Of a stretch of 64,000 nt of DNA, positions 33,188 through 42,638 are shown one piece after another (position 1 is the first letter of the stretch; every line of letters begins with the position of its first letter). This stretch comes from Escherichia phage vB_ESM-pEJ01: sequence record OP114734.1. One strand, given 5' to 3'. A program made the position numbers and the translations under genes. The notes beneath the pieces are model-generated. The model had not been told where the DNA came from, did no database searches, and saw only the letters and a program-made list of their open reading frames with translations.

Positions 33188-34545
33188 CCCTTCTTAAGTT
33201 CTTTAAGATCTTTCTTATATTCCTTCATTGCGGTCGTCTTTGTCCAATACTCATATTCACTATGATGTTTCTCGGCATCTTTGACCAGTCGATCATACTC
33301 TTCTTGAGTAACGCTATACAATGGCATAGAAACTAGCTTATCGGCGTATGGACGCAGTTTTTCATGTCCATTGATGGATTGCATTACCTCGTCCTTTTTC
33401 TTTCCCTGTAGCTCGATTTCGCCCTTAATTACGCGATCGATAAATTCGGCTTTAGCCATTGCATAATTGTATGCTTCCAGCGTTTCCGCTTGCATCAATT
33501 CAATGCGTTTATCGACATACCCTAATCGGATTTCGACGAATCGACGGATCAGATCGCTCGCTTTCTCGAATACTTCTACTAAACCACGTTCGTTAACTAC
33601 TACGATATTCTGGGCTACTAACTGCGTTAGTTTAAAATCCTTCATGATTTGCTCATGTCGAGCGGATTCATCTTCGCTTTTGAAATAATCGCGTTTCAGT
33701 GTTACTTCAAATCTGAATCCGTCCTTAGAGCAACGGTCATTATACGATACAATCAGATCTTTTTCTTCCAGTGCATCCAGTACCGCTACATATTCTTCAC
33801 GGTCGAACTTATAAGGAACTTCTGATATTGTCAGTTTAGTCTTGCCGTTTAGTTCATATGTACCCTCAAGAATCACACCATCGCGATCATCTCGCGGGAT
33901 AACTTTACCTGTGAATTTCGGGAATTGAACACTAGGTTCTTTATCCAGTTTTCCGGTAAGTGCTAGCTCTGTGCATTCAATAAGGCTTTCCAGTGAATGC
34001 GGTAAAATGTCAGTTTTATACCCTGTAGCAATACCACTAATACCATTAGCCAATACCATTGGCACAACTGGCAAGTAGAAAGCTGGCGGGATGTGTTCCA
34101 GATCTTCGTGCTTAGGTGCGCAATTCATATCTTTATAGATTTTAAAGAAGTTTTCATGCACACGAGCAAAGATATAACGTGCCGCACCTGCTTTCTGGAC
34201 TAAACGCGATCCGAAGTTACCTTGACCGTCAAGCAGTGGAGTATTATTGCTCCATGTATTCGCCATGAGTGATCCGGCTTCTACGGCATTAGTTTCGCCG
34301 TGGTGATAACCCAACTCGGCAACACCAGATCCAATATCTGCCATCTTACGGAATTTCTTACGGTCGCCTTTACTCTTTTGAAGTGCGCACTCCATAACAA
34401 AGCGTTGCACTGGTTTAAGCCCATCCACTAATTGAGGAATCCCGCGTTCCTCGGCAGAATAGATCGCATATTCCTTAGCTTCATTATGTACAATGCTTTC
34501 AAGGCTGCGGTAAGTAACTGATTTATTCATCTTCACCTCATACAC
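33184..34545 (-). CDS. 52: DNA topoisomerase II medium subunit gp52
   Basis: 453 aa; GyrA-like N-terminal domain (QLVDGLKPVQRFVM..., active-site Tyr region), T4 gp52-like size. Confidence 0.88.
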   Translation of the reverse strand: MYEVKMNKSVTYRSLESIVHNEAKEYAIYSAEERGIPQLVDGLKPVQRFVMECALQKSKGDRKKFRKMADIGSGVAELGYHHGETNAVEAGSLMANTWSNNTPLLDGQGNFGSRLVQKAGAARYIFARVHENFFKIYKDMNCAPKHEDLEHIPPAFYLPVVPMVLANGISGIATGYKTDILPHSLESLIECTELALTGKLDKEPSVQFPKFTGKVIPRDDRDGVILEGTYELNGKTKLTISEVPYKFDREEYVAVLDALEEKDLIVSYNDRCSKDGFRFEVTLKRDYFKSEDESARHEQIMKDFKLTQLVAQNIVVVNERGLVEVFEKASDLIRRFVEIRLGYVDKRIELMQAETLEAYNYAMAKAEFIDRVIKGEIELQGKKKDEVMQSINGHEKLRPYADKLVSMPLYSVTQEEYDRLVKDAEKHHSEYEYWTKTTAMKEYKKDLKELKKG

Positions 34546-34900
34546 GCTTACAAATCACATTCTTTACTTTATCAGATTTATCAGCCCAATCCAATAGCCA
34601 TTTTAACGGAAGGATTGAAACAATAAACGGGGCAGCAATCAAAGCAAACATGATACACCGGATAATCAGGAAAGTGCAAGTAACAAAGCTAGCGATACTG
34701 ATCCCGACAAAACAAAATACCATAGAAAACAGAGTAATGATATAGAAAGGCCAGAATACCCACTCCCGCATCTTAACGCCTTTGTATTCCCTGAATTGCT
34801 TAAAATCTACAAACAACTCTCGGATAGACGCGTACAGGACCGAAAAATCATCTTTCATTGCTCTGAATGAGCAATCTTCTATTTTAGAATGACCTAGCAT
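34538..34900 (-). CDS. membrane protein
   Basis: 120 aa; two to three predicted TM helices. Confidence 0.4.
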   Translation of the reverse strand: MLGHSKIEDCSFRAMKDDFSVLYASIRELFVDFKQFREYKGVKMREWVFWPFYIITLFSMVFCFVGISIASFVTCTFLIIRCIMFALIAAPFIVSILPLKWLLDWADKSDKVKNVICKRV

Positions 34901-34902
34901 TA

Positions 34903-35196
34903 TTAACCGCCTTTCATCATTGATACTGGAATTGTTTTCTGATTTGTGTATAATTGGCCTACTTCAATTTTTTCTTGAATCACCACGACGTTACAATATC
35001 CACTGTCTTTAAGTTTTCTGATAATGACTCGCTTTTGTTCGTCGGTGATAGGATTGACTGTTCTCACCAATTCACCGCAAATAATAGCACCATCTTTACA
35101 ATTACCAGTAACTTTCATGCTACGACCGTGAACAACAACCACGTCACCGTAAATCACATTTTCGTCGTCGTATTTGGTAATAACCGTGACCGTCAT
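34903..35196 (-). CDS. hypothetical protein
   Basis: 97 aa track ORF. Confidence 0.4.
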   Translation of the reverse strand: MTVTVITKYDDENVIYGDVVVVHGRSMKVTGNCKDGAIICGELVRTVNPITDEQKRVIIRKLKDSGYCNVVVIQEKIEVGQLYTNQKTIPVSMMKGG

Positions 35197-35241
35197 AATG
35201 TATTCCCTCTAAGAAAGGCCGCGCAAAGCGGCCTATGTTGA

Positions 35242-35574
35242 TTATTGTTCTACAGTATAACCGTTGTTTTCAAGCCATGCAATAACAATCTTTTCGCCAA
35301 TTTCATCGAGCATTTCATCAGCGCCATATTCTTTAATGAAAGTCGATGGATCATTATTGCTTACTACGTGCTGGATCACAACATGTTCAGGAATTGCGTC
35401 TAGTAGTTCGCTATGATCATACTCATTAACGATATCTTCAACACTAACATTATTAACCAAATCAACATCATCCATAGTCACAGTAACGCGACCGGACGGA
35501 CGCAATGAATATTGGCTACTTTCAACTTCAACATGTGCACTTTCGCAAGTAACTTTCATATCAACCATAATCAA
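35242..35574 (-). CDS. hypothetical acidic protein
   Basis: 110 aa track ORF just downstream of rIIB. Confidence 0.4.
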   Translation of the reverse strand: MIMVDMKVTCESAHVEVESSQYSLRPSGRVTVTMDDVDLVNNVSVEDIVNEYDHSELLDAIPEHVVIQHVVSNNDPSTFIKEYGADEMLDEIGEKIVIAWLENNGYTVEQ

Positions 35575-35582
35575 TTCCTCTG

Positions 35583-36575
35583 TTAGTAATGGCTAAAACC
35601 TTCGGTCACATCTTCAACCACATAGTAACGATGACAGCGCATTTTGGCATTTGCATAATCTTTCGGGATACTTACAACGTGACGCGGATCAACTTTGCAT
35701 TTAATGATTCGGCCTCGTCCACCGCCATAGTGCGGAATATAGTGTTTCGCTGCAACGTGGAGGCCATTAGAGCAAGTGCGATCATCATCTGGGTCCACGT
35801 CTTTACGCTTCATTTTAACCGTGCGACCTGGGCTATTATCAAACGTATGCGTAAAGAAATCTTTATAATCAACATCAACACGTTTCCATGCATAGAAACA
35901 ACCATCTTCCACGATCTCAATGTCGTTGTGCTCTAAGAAGTCAAATAGACGATCTACGGCCTTACGGCTAGGGTTTTTCTTGCACTTCTCAAAGAAGTTA
36001 AGATAGTGCGTATATGGCTTATTCTCTTTAATCGACTCCACAACTCGACGAGTCAGATTATTATCAAGAACAATATTATGATAATACACAATACCATTTT
36101 CGATACGGAAAGCGCCGTGATAATATACTTCAACCGCTTTCTTAATGTCAATCAGCGTAATAGCTTTGATGAAATCATTATGTTTAATCGCTTCCAGTGC
36201 TTCCTTAAAGTTAACATGTGATGGATCAGCAGTATAAACAATGTCACCACATGTAATAGTAATAAACTTAGTTGAGGCTATGGCTACGATTTTTGAGGAA
36301 GTAGTCACGGGCTTTTTTGCGCGTTCACCGCCTTTTCCTTTACTGGTTTTACGGCGTGCTTTACGTTTTTCTAGTGCCTTGCGGCCTTCCGCTACTGCGT
36401 CTTTCTGAATCAGTAATACACGGGAAGCAGTGCGACGAGATACACCAAATGCTGCCGCAAGTGCTTCGCGGGTAGTAAACTTACCTTCGCCCCACTGTTT
36501 AGCCAGTTTGATTTGTTTCGCAGAATCCAGACATTGAACGTTACGGTCAGAGACGGTGATTTTTGCTTTAGTCAT
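35583..36575 (-). CDS. rIIB: rIIB protein
   Basis: 330 aa from MTKAKI; strong match to remembered T4 rIIB (AVDRLFDFLEHNDIEIVEDGCFYAWK, TFDNSPG, CSNGLHVAAKHYIPHYGG, PRHVVSIP.DYANAKMR); start re-set to the ATG 9 nt after SD AGAGGA. Confidence 0.9.
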   Translation of the reverse strand: MTKAKITVSDRNVQCLDSAKQIKLAKQWGEGKFTTREALAAAFGVSRRTASRVLLIQKDAVAEGRKALEKRKARRKTSKGKGGERAKKPVTTSSKIVAIASTKFITITCGDIVYTADPSHVNFKEALEAIKHNDFIKAITLIDIKKAVEVYYHGAFRIENGIVYYHNIVLDNNLTRRVVESIKENKPYTHYLNFFEKCKKNPSRKAVDRLFDFLEHNDIEIVEDGCFYAWKRVDVDYKDFFTHTFDNSPGRTVKMKRKDVDPDDDRTCSNGLHVAAKHYIPHYGGGRGRIIKCKVDPRHVVSIPKDYANAKMRCHRYYVVEDVTEGFSHY

Positions 36576-36625
36576 AGTATTCATTCCTCTATTAGTTGGG
36601 CGACTATCGCCGCCCGATTCACATC

Positions 36626-36654
36626 ATTATACCAGAATTATTTTGCTTCGACAA
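36626..36654 (-). promoter_or_regulatory. promoter with extended -10 (TTGTCG-17-TGG-TATAAT)
   Basis: TGnTATAAT extended -10 with 17 nt spacing to TTGTCG; followed by a 5 bp G/C hairpin in the rIIB leader. Confidence 0.45.
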
Positions 36655-36769
36655 CCTTGCGGATTGTGCGGTCTGATACATTATAGATTCGTGCCAGTTC
36701 GCCTTTAGTCAAACCGCGAGCGTATTGTTTACGGATGGTTTCTTTCTGGATGGCGGTCAGTTTAGTCAT
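36638..36769 (-). CDS. small helix-turn-helix protein (43 aa, rIIA.1-like), not in ORF track
   Basis: ATG at 36769 with SD GAGGTGA 7 nt upstream; MTKLTAIQKETIRKQYARGLTKGELARIYNVSDRTIRKVVEAK has an HTH pattern. Confidence 0.55.
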   Translation of the reverse strand: MTKLTAIQKETIRKQYARGLTKGELARIYNVSDRTIRKVVEAK

Positions 36770-36780
36770 AATATCACCTC

Positions 36781-38889
36781 TTAAAATTTAACATTCTTAA
36801 CCAGTTTCATAAAGTCTTGTGCGCGTTTGTCATTATGCAGAATACGATACCAGTTATCGACAATATCATACAGTAACGGGCTATTCTCTTTAAACTTCGC
36901 ACAAACTGCTTTAATTCGTTCGTTTGCTACCGTGAATTTTTCATCACAAATCTTTTTAGTTTCTTCGTCCATAACCCAACGAGTACGAAGGAGTAACTTG
37001 GAAACCTCTTTATTATAATGACGACCGTACAGTCTGTCAATAAATTCTGGAACACAGCGTTCTAGTTCATCGTCATGAAACAACATAGTGATCACACCCA
37101 GATATTCGCCATACCCCAGATGATTGGTCTTAACCTTCTTAGCCAGACCAGCCAGCTTACCGCGAACAAATTCTAGCGCACATTCCAATTGTTCGTCAAC
37201 GAGATATTTTTGTGTCTCGTTTCGAGTAATAATATACTTTGTTACCCCGAAGTAGTCAAGCGCCGTGTGTAATGTATTTTCACTATGGATCGATTTACGA
37301 CTACGGCTTTCGAATGCATCACCTACGCGGAACATGTGCAAGCCTGATAACTCGCGAATCTCTGCCGCTTTCATGTGATGGCTGGTTTTATGCCAACTGT
37401 CACCAATCTTTTCCATGATATACACGTTAGGCAGCTTGGGAGTAGCTTCACGTTGTGTACGCTCGGTCTTCTCCGGTTTAACTGCTTTAGCACGCAGATC
37501 ATCGGCCTCAGACACTTTAATCACGGTCATTTCAGAATCATCATAATACTGTTTGATGTACTCGAAAGTCTCCATATGTTTTTCGTTGCGCTGACGGAAC
37601 ACAAGTACCTTTTTATTGATGCCGTATTCCTGGACCATACCGTTAAGAGTCAGTGCACGCAGTTTCGGTTTATCGGTATCATCAATAAGACACGTAATAT
37701 CTTCTTTATGCATCCATACAAAATGCGTAATGTTGTATTGACTGCTAACGAAAGCAGGGCGCAATTTACTGATTGTGTGACGAGTACGATACAGAGTATA
37801 CACCTGACCTTCTACGTCATTAGGCGAATCTTTACCCGCATTCACAAACTTATTATAGATTGCTACCGGATCATCCCACTGCCCGATCTTACCCATCTTG
37901 CTAATAATATTGCGTTGAGTCGATGAATACTCGCTCATAAATTGCGCAAGTTTACGCTCTGTTTTAATGTTGGCGATCTTCTCTTTAACCTTTTCCAACA
38001 TCATTTCATTGATTTCTGCAATGCGTTTTTCGATGTTCGCTTTAGTCTCAATTGACAAGTGAACTTCTTCACGCGATGGCATCAGGTCCAGATCACCCAA
38101 CTCAAAATTAATGTAAATGGTCTGGTGCTGGCGGTTTACAGCTTCTAACCATGTTCCGCGAACATATTCATACGGGATCGGGTACTGGATCTTACCCATG
38201 ATTGCATATACCACATAGGAATCGTTATCACGCCCATTACAAACATAATAATTATCAAAGCTAGGGAAATAATTAATTTCGATTGCATTGATATTAGGTT
38301 TGTGTTCCCCAAAATGACGCAGTACAAACTGTGCTTCTCGATGCCATGTCTGAATATCTTTCTCTTTCACCGGAATAGTGATTTTCAGACCATTGTCTTC
38401 ATAGGTCGGTTCGTCGAAAATCTGCACCATTTTAGGCATAGAGTTTTGCACAAATGCCGTAAAGCCATAAGCGCGACCATTGTAATAGTTTACGATTGTA
38501 AAGGTGTCAGTGTAGCTATAAGCAGATTTCGCACCTAAACCAAAAGATCCGATATAATCATTAGTCTGGTCTTTGGTTGATTCAAAGTAAACCGTAAACA
38601 GTTGTTCTAATTCTTTCTTAGACGGAATACCAGTACCATAATCACGCACAGAAAAATACGGTTCGATTGCAGTCGGTAAATGAATATCAAACGGACGATC
38701 TAAGGTTCCTGCTTCTTTGTGAGTGTCGGTAGCATTACATGAATACTCACGGACGCAAGCACGCTCACAATATTGATAAGTGTTCTTAGAAAGCACCATA
38801 AAAGCCTTGCTACTTGCTTTCAGAGAAAAATCAACCGCACCGCTCAAGTCACTGCCAAATACTTCCTCATTATCGATATGCATTTTCAT
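36781..38889 (-). CDS. rIIA: rIIA protein
   Basis: 702 aa; N-terminal GHKL-type ATPase-like region; T4 rIIA-like size; directly upstream of rIIB. Confidence 0.88.
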   Translation of the reverse strand: MKMHIDNEEVFGSDLSGAVDFSLKASSKAFMVLSKNTYQYCERACVREYSCNATDTHKEAGTLDRPFDIHLPTAIEPYFSVRDYGTGIPSKKELEQLFTVYFESTKDQTNDYIGSFGLGAKSAYSYTDTFTIVNYYNGRAYGFTAFVQNSMPKMVQIFDEPTYEDNGLKITIPVKEKDIQTWHREAQFVLRHFGEHKPNINAIEINYFPSFDNYYVCNGRDNDSYVVYAIMGKIQYPIPYEYVRGTWLEAVNRQHQTIYINFELGDLDLMPSREEVHLSIETKANIEKRIAEINEMMLEKVKEKIANIKTERKLAQFMSEYSSTQRNIISKMGKIGQWDDPVAIYNKFVNAGKDSPNDVEGQVYTLYRTRHTISKLRPAFVSSQYNITHFVWMHKEDITCLIDDTDKPKLRALTLNGMVQEYGINKKVLVFRQRNEKHMETFEYIKQYYDDSEMTVIKVSEADDLRAKAVKPEKTERTQREATPKLPNVYIMEKIGDSWHKTSHHMKAAEIRELSGLHMFRVGDAFESRSRKSIHSENTLHTALDYFGVTKYIITRNETQKYLVDEQLECALEFVRGKLAGLAKKVKTNHLGYGEYLGVITMLFHDDELERCVPEFIDRLYGRHYNKEVSKLLLRTRWVMDEETKKICDEKFTVANERIKAVCAKFKENSPLLYDIVDNWYRILHNDKRAQDFMKLVKNVKF

Positions 38890-38903
38890 AATATAATCCT
38901 CAC

Positions 38904-39161
38904 TTAATTAAAATCTTCTTCGTCCATCTCTGCGTAGATTACATCCCACGCCCATAAATCAATAAACGCATTATATGTCACGGTGCAATCGTTGTCAATC
39001 ACTTCTTTCGCATATTTCTTGATGTTTTCGTAGGAAACTTGCGGATCAATTTTGTGTTTACGAAGGTGTGCATATTCATACCTCAAACATTTCATAAACA
39101 GGTTCATCGATTTCTTTTCTCGATGACACTTGGCGATCAGAAAATCAAAACTTCGACTCAT
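38904..39161 (-). CDS. hypothetical protein
   Basis: 85 aa track ORF. Confidence 0.4.
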   Translation of the reverse strand: MSRSFDFLIAKCHREKKSMNLFMKCLRYEYAHLRKHKIDPQVSYENIKKYAKEVIDNDCTVTYNAFIDLWAWDVIYAEMDEEDFN

Positions 39162-39171
39162 TTTCTACTCC

Positions 39172-39366
39172 TTATACATTTTCAATCACCCATTGCAGAT
39201 GGGCTTCTGCGTCAACCAGTTCAGCGCGGCTTTTCTCTAAGCACTTGCTGTATTCTTTACGTTCCCAATCAGCAATTTCGTTTTTCAGGACTTCTTCATA
39301 GTAAGCAATTACGCCTTTCAGGTCTGAAACTTTACGGCTTGCCAGTTCGATGTAATGGTTACGCAT
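39172..39366 (-). CDS. hypothetical small protein
   Basis: 64 aa track ORF. Confidence 0.4.
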   Translation of the reverse strand: MRNHYIELASRKVSDLKGVIAYYEEVLKNEIADWERKEYSKCLEKSRAELVDAEAHLQWVIENV

Positions 39367-39535
39367 TTTGATTCTCCTTTGTTACTAGATAACGAATTTG
39401 GTCTTGCATTGCGATCAGTTCCCAGCGTGCTACTTTCATCATGGAAACCGACTCTTTGAACATAATATTAGCCTTTTCCTTATTCCCTGTCAAGTAGATT
39501 TCTGCAATTTTCACAAAATTTTTGAGTTTCTTCAT
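39359..39535 (-). CDS. possible small ORF (58 aa), not in ORF track
   Basis: ATG at 39535; stop overlaps start of 39172..39366; weak SD, so uncertain. Confidence 0.25.
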   Translation of the reverse strand: MKKLKNFVKIAEIYLTGNKEKANIMFKESVSMMKVARWELIAMQDQIRYLVTKENQNA

Positions 39536-39581
39536 TCTTAAACGGTTTCATATAAGTCAACCTTTTGTTTTCGATGGGGAC

Positions 39582-39610
39582 ATTATGATATATCCCCGAT
39601 CCAATGTCAA
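39582..39610 (-). promoter_or_regulatory. sigma70-like promoter (TTGACA-17-CATAAT) with hairpin
   Basis: hairpin GGGGATATATCATAATGTCCCC encloses the -10. Confidence 0.5.
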
Positions 39611-39617
39611 CAGATTT

Positions 39618-39953
39618 TTAATCTTTTTTCAGTGCATCCATTACTCGCTCTGCGATCAGTTCTCGTAAGCACTGATAACCATGATATTTGATGGCAATGT
39701 CACGCAGATCATTAACCAGTTCCCGTACTTCATGGTCTTTCAGATCGTCTCTGTATTTCGATTTAACCGTGTCTTTAGGTGGATTGTGGATAACCTGAAA
39801 ACCTTGTTCTGCAATCACTGCGGCTTCGCGCTGGCGTTCATGTTGTACTGTATTTTTGATCAGGTCTGCTTCCATGAACTTTGCCATACTCATCATCATG
39901 TTATTCTTTTTGCTCATTATTAAATCCTCATAAAAGAAAAGGGAGACTCCCAT
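39618..39953 (-). CDS. hypothetical protein
   Basis: 111 aa track ORF; likely starts at the internal MSKKNN. Confidence 0.4.
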   Translation of the reverse strand: MGVSLFFYEDLIMSKKNNMMMSMAKFMEADLIKNTVQHERQREAAVIAEQGFQVIHNPPKDTVKSKYRDDLKDHEVRELVNDLRDIAIKYHGYQCLRELIAERVMDALKKD

Positions 39954-39975
39954 TATAGAGAATCTCCCTTGTATG

Positions 39976-40539
39976 TCAACTAAAATTTAAAGATGCAAAC
40001 TCCCCGTGATGAATTTTTGCATATTCATCATATGCTCTAGCGGCTTCCTCCTGAGTAGCAAACGATCCTATGTATTTTCTGTATCCGTTTATCCTTATTT
40101 GTGCTTGCCACGGTCTTTTGCTAGATCCTTTGCGATGAGTAACACCATTATATATGCTCGTGCACCCGTCCATTTTCTTTTTATTGTACATGTTTTGTTG
40201 TTGTGTTGCCTCCCGTAAATTTGGTGGATTGTTGTTTTCTGGATTCCCGTCTATGTGGTCTATTACCTTAACCTGTGTTCCATATTCAAGAAACCAGACA
40301 ATTCTATGTACAAGATATGTAGATGTTCTCTTTTTAACCTTATTGTAAACATCTATTGCCAAATGACCGTAATTTAACTTTTTTGTTTTTACTTTATCAC
40401 CGACTCGGTAGAAATATCCCTCTGGTAGACCATTAAAAGACGGACTATTTGTTTTGTGATATAGAACACCTTCCGTGTGTTCAAATCTGCGTTTTAATTC
40501 CTCTTGAATTTCAGTATTCCAAAATTTCGCACTTTTCAT
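39976..40539 (-). mobile_element. freestanding HNH-AP2 homing endonuclease
   Basis: 187 aa; IVWFLEYGTQVKVIDHIDGNPENNNPPNLREATQQQN plus AP2-like YNGVTHR...WQAQIRINGY; ATG 1 nt after the gene 39 stop. Confidence 0.8.
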
Positions 40540-40540
40540 A

Positions 40541-42364
40541 TTATGACGCCATCCATGCCTTCCTCATGTCTGAATCTTCGCTATAGAGCAAATCGAATAG
40601 CTCTTTATAGTTTTCCGGTAACGTGATGATCTCCATGACAGGATCGTTGATCACGCGATGATAGTCTGATTCTGTGAGCGATGCTAAACCTTTGATATAT
40701 CGAATGTTGTAACCTTTGATATTATCTCGGTCGTTCTCGAAATCTTCTAGGTCATAATACCATCGAACATCATCACCTTTCTTTGGTTCAGCAATGATAA
40801 TAGGTGTTTTGATAAACCGGATTCGTCCATCTTCGAACAATTCAGGCCAACGTGCAAAGAAAGAGATCAGACTAGGTTTAATAGACCCGATCCCGTCGGT
40901 ATCAGCGTCTGTCATAATCGCAATATTTTTGTATTGCATAACTTCCAATGCATCAACACCAAATTGCAAGCCAGTGATCGCCATGATGTTAAAAATTTCG
41001 GCGTTATTAACGATCTTTGCCTCCGGTTGTTCCCACGTTGTAAGAGTTTTGCCTCGCAACGGGAAACCTCCATGTAAATCTTGATCGCGTACAGAGATCA
41101 GATAGTTGATCGCGGAATCACCTTCCGTCAAAAACAGGGTAGTTTCTGCGTCAGTTCCAATAAGGTTAGCTTTAACGTGTTTTGCCACCTTAGCCCGTTT
41201 CGCTGCCTTTGCTGCCTTAGTCGCTGCCGCTTTATCTGCTGCCTCTTTGCGTGCCAAGACTACAGCAATAATAGGCATGATAATGTTTTCTTTCTTCGCA
41301 ATGACTTTAGCCAGCTTTTTAAAATCAAGATCAATATGACGCTTGATATCACCAGTCGGGTTAGTCAAGCGTTCTTTTGTCTGTGAATCAAAACGAAGGT
41401 TAGGCAATTCACGAACAATAAGAATACAGGTCAATCCAGATTTAACCGCAGCTTTAGTAACATCAACCTTATATTCTTTCTTGATTCGTTTTACAATCTC
41501 TTCACAAAGATCATCTGTCACATAATCAACGTGTGTTCCCCCGTTTTTGGTAAACAGACCGTTAGCAAAGGATACTGATTTAAAACCTTCTCCCTCGACC
41601 GCCGGAACTAGGGCAAGTGAAAAGTTTTTATCTTCAATGACAAACGGATCATCATTGTATAGTTTAGCATAATCCTTGAACTTACTAACAATACGTTTAC
41701 CATTAAACTTAAACGTGATCTTAGGAAATATTACGCTCAATGATTGCAGACGATCATGAACAATATCTAAAACAGAGTTGTCCATCATATAACCTTCGAA
41801 GTGGTCGAAGTCTGGACAAAATGTAACCTTCGTTCCCTTCAATTTTGATGGTTTTGATGACCATGTGACATTTTCAGCACCGTTTGTGCATTGAACGGTC
41901 ATTTCTGTTTCGCCGTCACAGGTCACACCAGTAAACCAATCGCTAAAGAAATTTGATAACGACGACCCAACACCGTTCATCCCTTGCGTTAATCGATTGG
42001 TATCATCAAAGTTAGACCCTGCTTTTGTTCGTGTCCATGCGGCTACAGGTTGCGGAATCTGCGTACCCTCTGGGGTAGTAACCATATGTTGAGGAATACC
42101 GCGACCATTGTCTGTTACCGTAACAATATTGTTTTGGATATCGACGCTAATCACATTGGCAAATTCAAAGTTAGTGCGGATCGCCTCGTCTACAGAGTTG
42201 TCGATGATCTCATCAATGATTTTAACCAGTCCAGGAACGTATGAAATTTTTGTCCATTTACCGAACAGGAAACGTTGATGTTCTTCGTAAGTTGTTGATC
42301 CTATATACATTCCTGCACGCTTAAGGACATGTTCACGATCAGATAAAATGCGAAACTCACTCAT
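40541..42364 (-). CDS. 39: DNA topoisomerase II large (ATPase) subunit gp39, unsplit
   Basis: 607 aa; GyrB-like GHKL ATPase and TOPRIM motifs; one continuous ORF covering the region that T4 splits into genes 39 and 60. Confidence 0.88.
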   Translation of the reverse strand: MSEFRILSDREHVLKRAGMYIGSTTYEEHQRFLFGKWTKISYVPGLVKIIDEIIDNSVDEAIRTNFEFANVISVDIQNNIVTVTDNGRGIPQHMVTTPEGTQIPQPVAAWTRTKAGSNFDDTNRLTQGMNGVGSSLSNFFSDWFTGVTCDGETEMTVQCTNGAENVTWSSKPSKLKGTKVTFCPDFDHFEGYMMDNSVLDIVHDRLQSLSVIFPKITFKFNGKRIVSKFKDYAKLYNDDPFVIEDKNFSLALVPAVEGEGFKSVSFANGLFTKNGGTHVDYVTDDLCEEIVKRIKKEYKVDVTKAAVKSGLTCILIVRELPNLRFDSQTKERLTNPTGDIKRHIDLDFKKLAKVIAKKENIIMPIIAVVLARKEAADKAAATKAAKAAKRAKVAKHVKANLIGTDAETTLFLTEGDSAINYLISVRDQDLHGGFPLRGKTLTTWEQPEAKIVNNAEIFNIMAITGLQFGVDALEVMQYKNIAIMTDADTDGIGSIKPSLISFFARWPELFEDGRIRFIKTPIIIAEPKKGDDVRWYYDLEDFENDRDNIKGYNIRYIKGLASLTESDYHRVINDPVMEIITLPENYKELFDLLYSEDSDMRKAWMAS

Positions 42365-42467
42365 TATTAAACCTCTTCATAACATAACCATAACTTACTG
42401 CAACCGCCACAAAGACGGCTGCAACAATCATATTAAAAATTGAGTGATTGTCAAGTATATGACTCAT
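42357..42467 (-). CDS. possible hydrophobic micro-protein (36 aa), not in ORF track
   Basis: ATG overlaps stop of the Zn-ribbon gene (ATGA); MSHILDNHSIFNMIVAAVFVAVAVSYGYVMKRFNNE; stop overlaps gene 39 start. Confidence 0.3.
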   Translation of the reverse strand: MSHILDNHSIFNMIVAAVFVAVAVSYGYVMKRFNNE

Positions 42468-42637
42468 GACACGCGCACATTTTTATCATAGTACCCGCCA
42501 TTAATCCCGCGCGGGGCAGTTAATCCCTGTTTGCATTCTTTACCACATTCAGGGCATTCTGCCTTTTCACGCTCGGAAATTTTGCGGATTTTCTGAAATT
42601 GACCGTGTTCTTCACAAGAATAATCATATAATGGCAT
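42464..42637 (-). CDS. FmdB-like zinc-ribbon protein
   Basis: 57 aa from MPLYDYSCEEHG...ECPECG (CxxH...CxxC); start re-set to avoid overlap with dexA. Confidence 0.5.
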   Translation of the reverse strand: MPLYDYSCEEHGQFQKIRKISEREKAECPECGKECKQGLTAPRGINGGYYDKNVRVS

Positions 42638-42638
42638 A

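Noticed and set aside
39536-39575. Alternative 21-codon ORF with better SD upstream of the 58 aa micro-ORF at 39359..39535
   Set aside because: Too short and in conflict with the longer frame; cannot decide without expression data, so only the longer ORF is listed, at low confidence.
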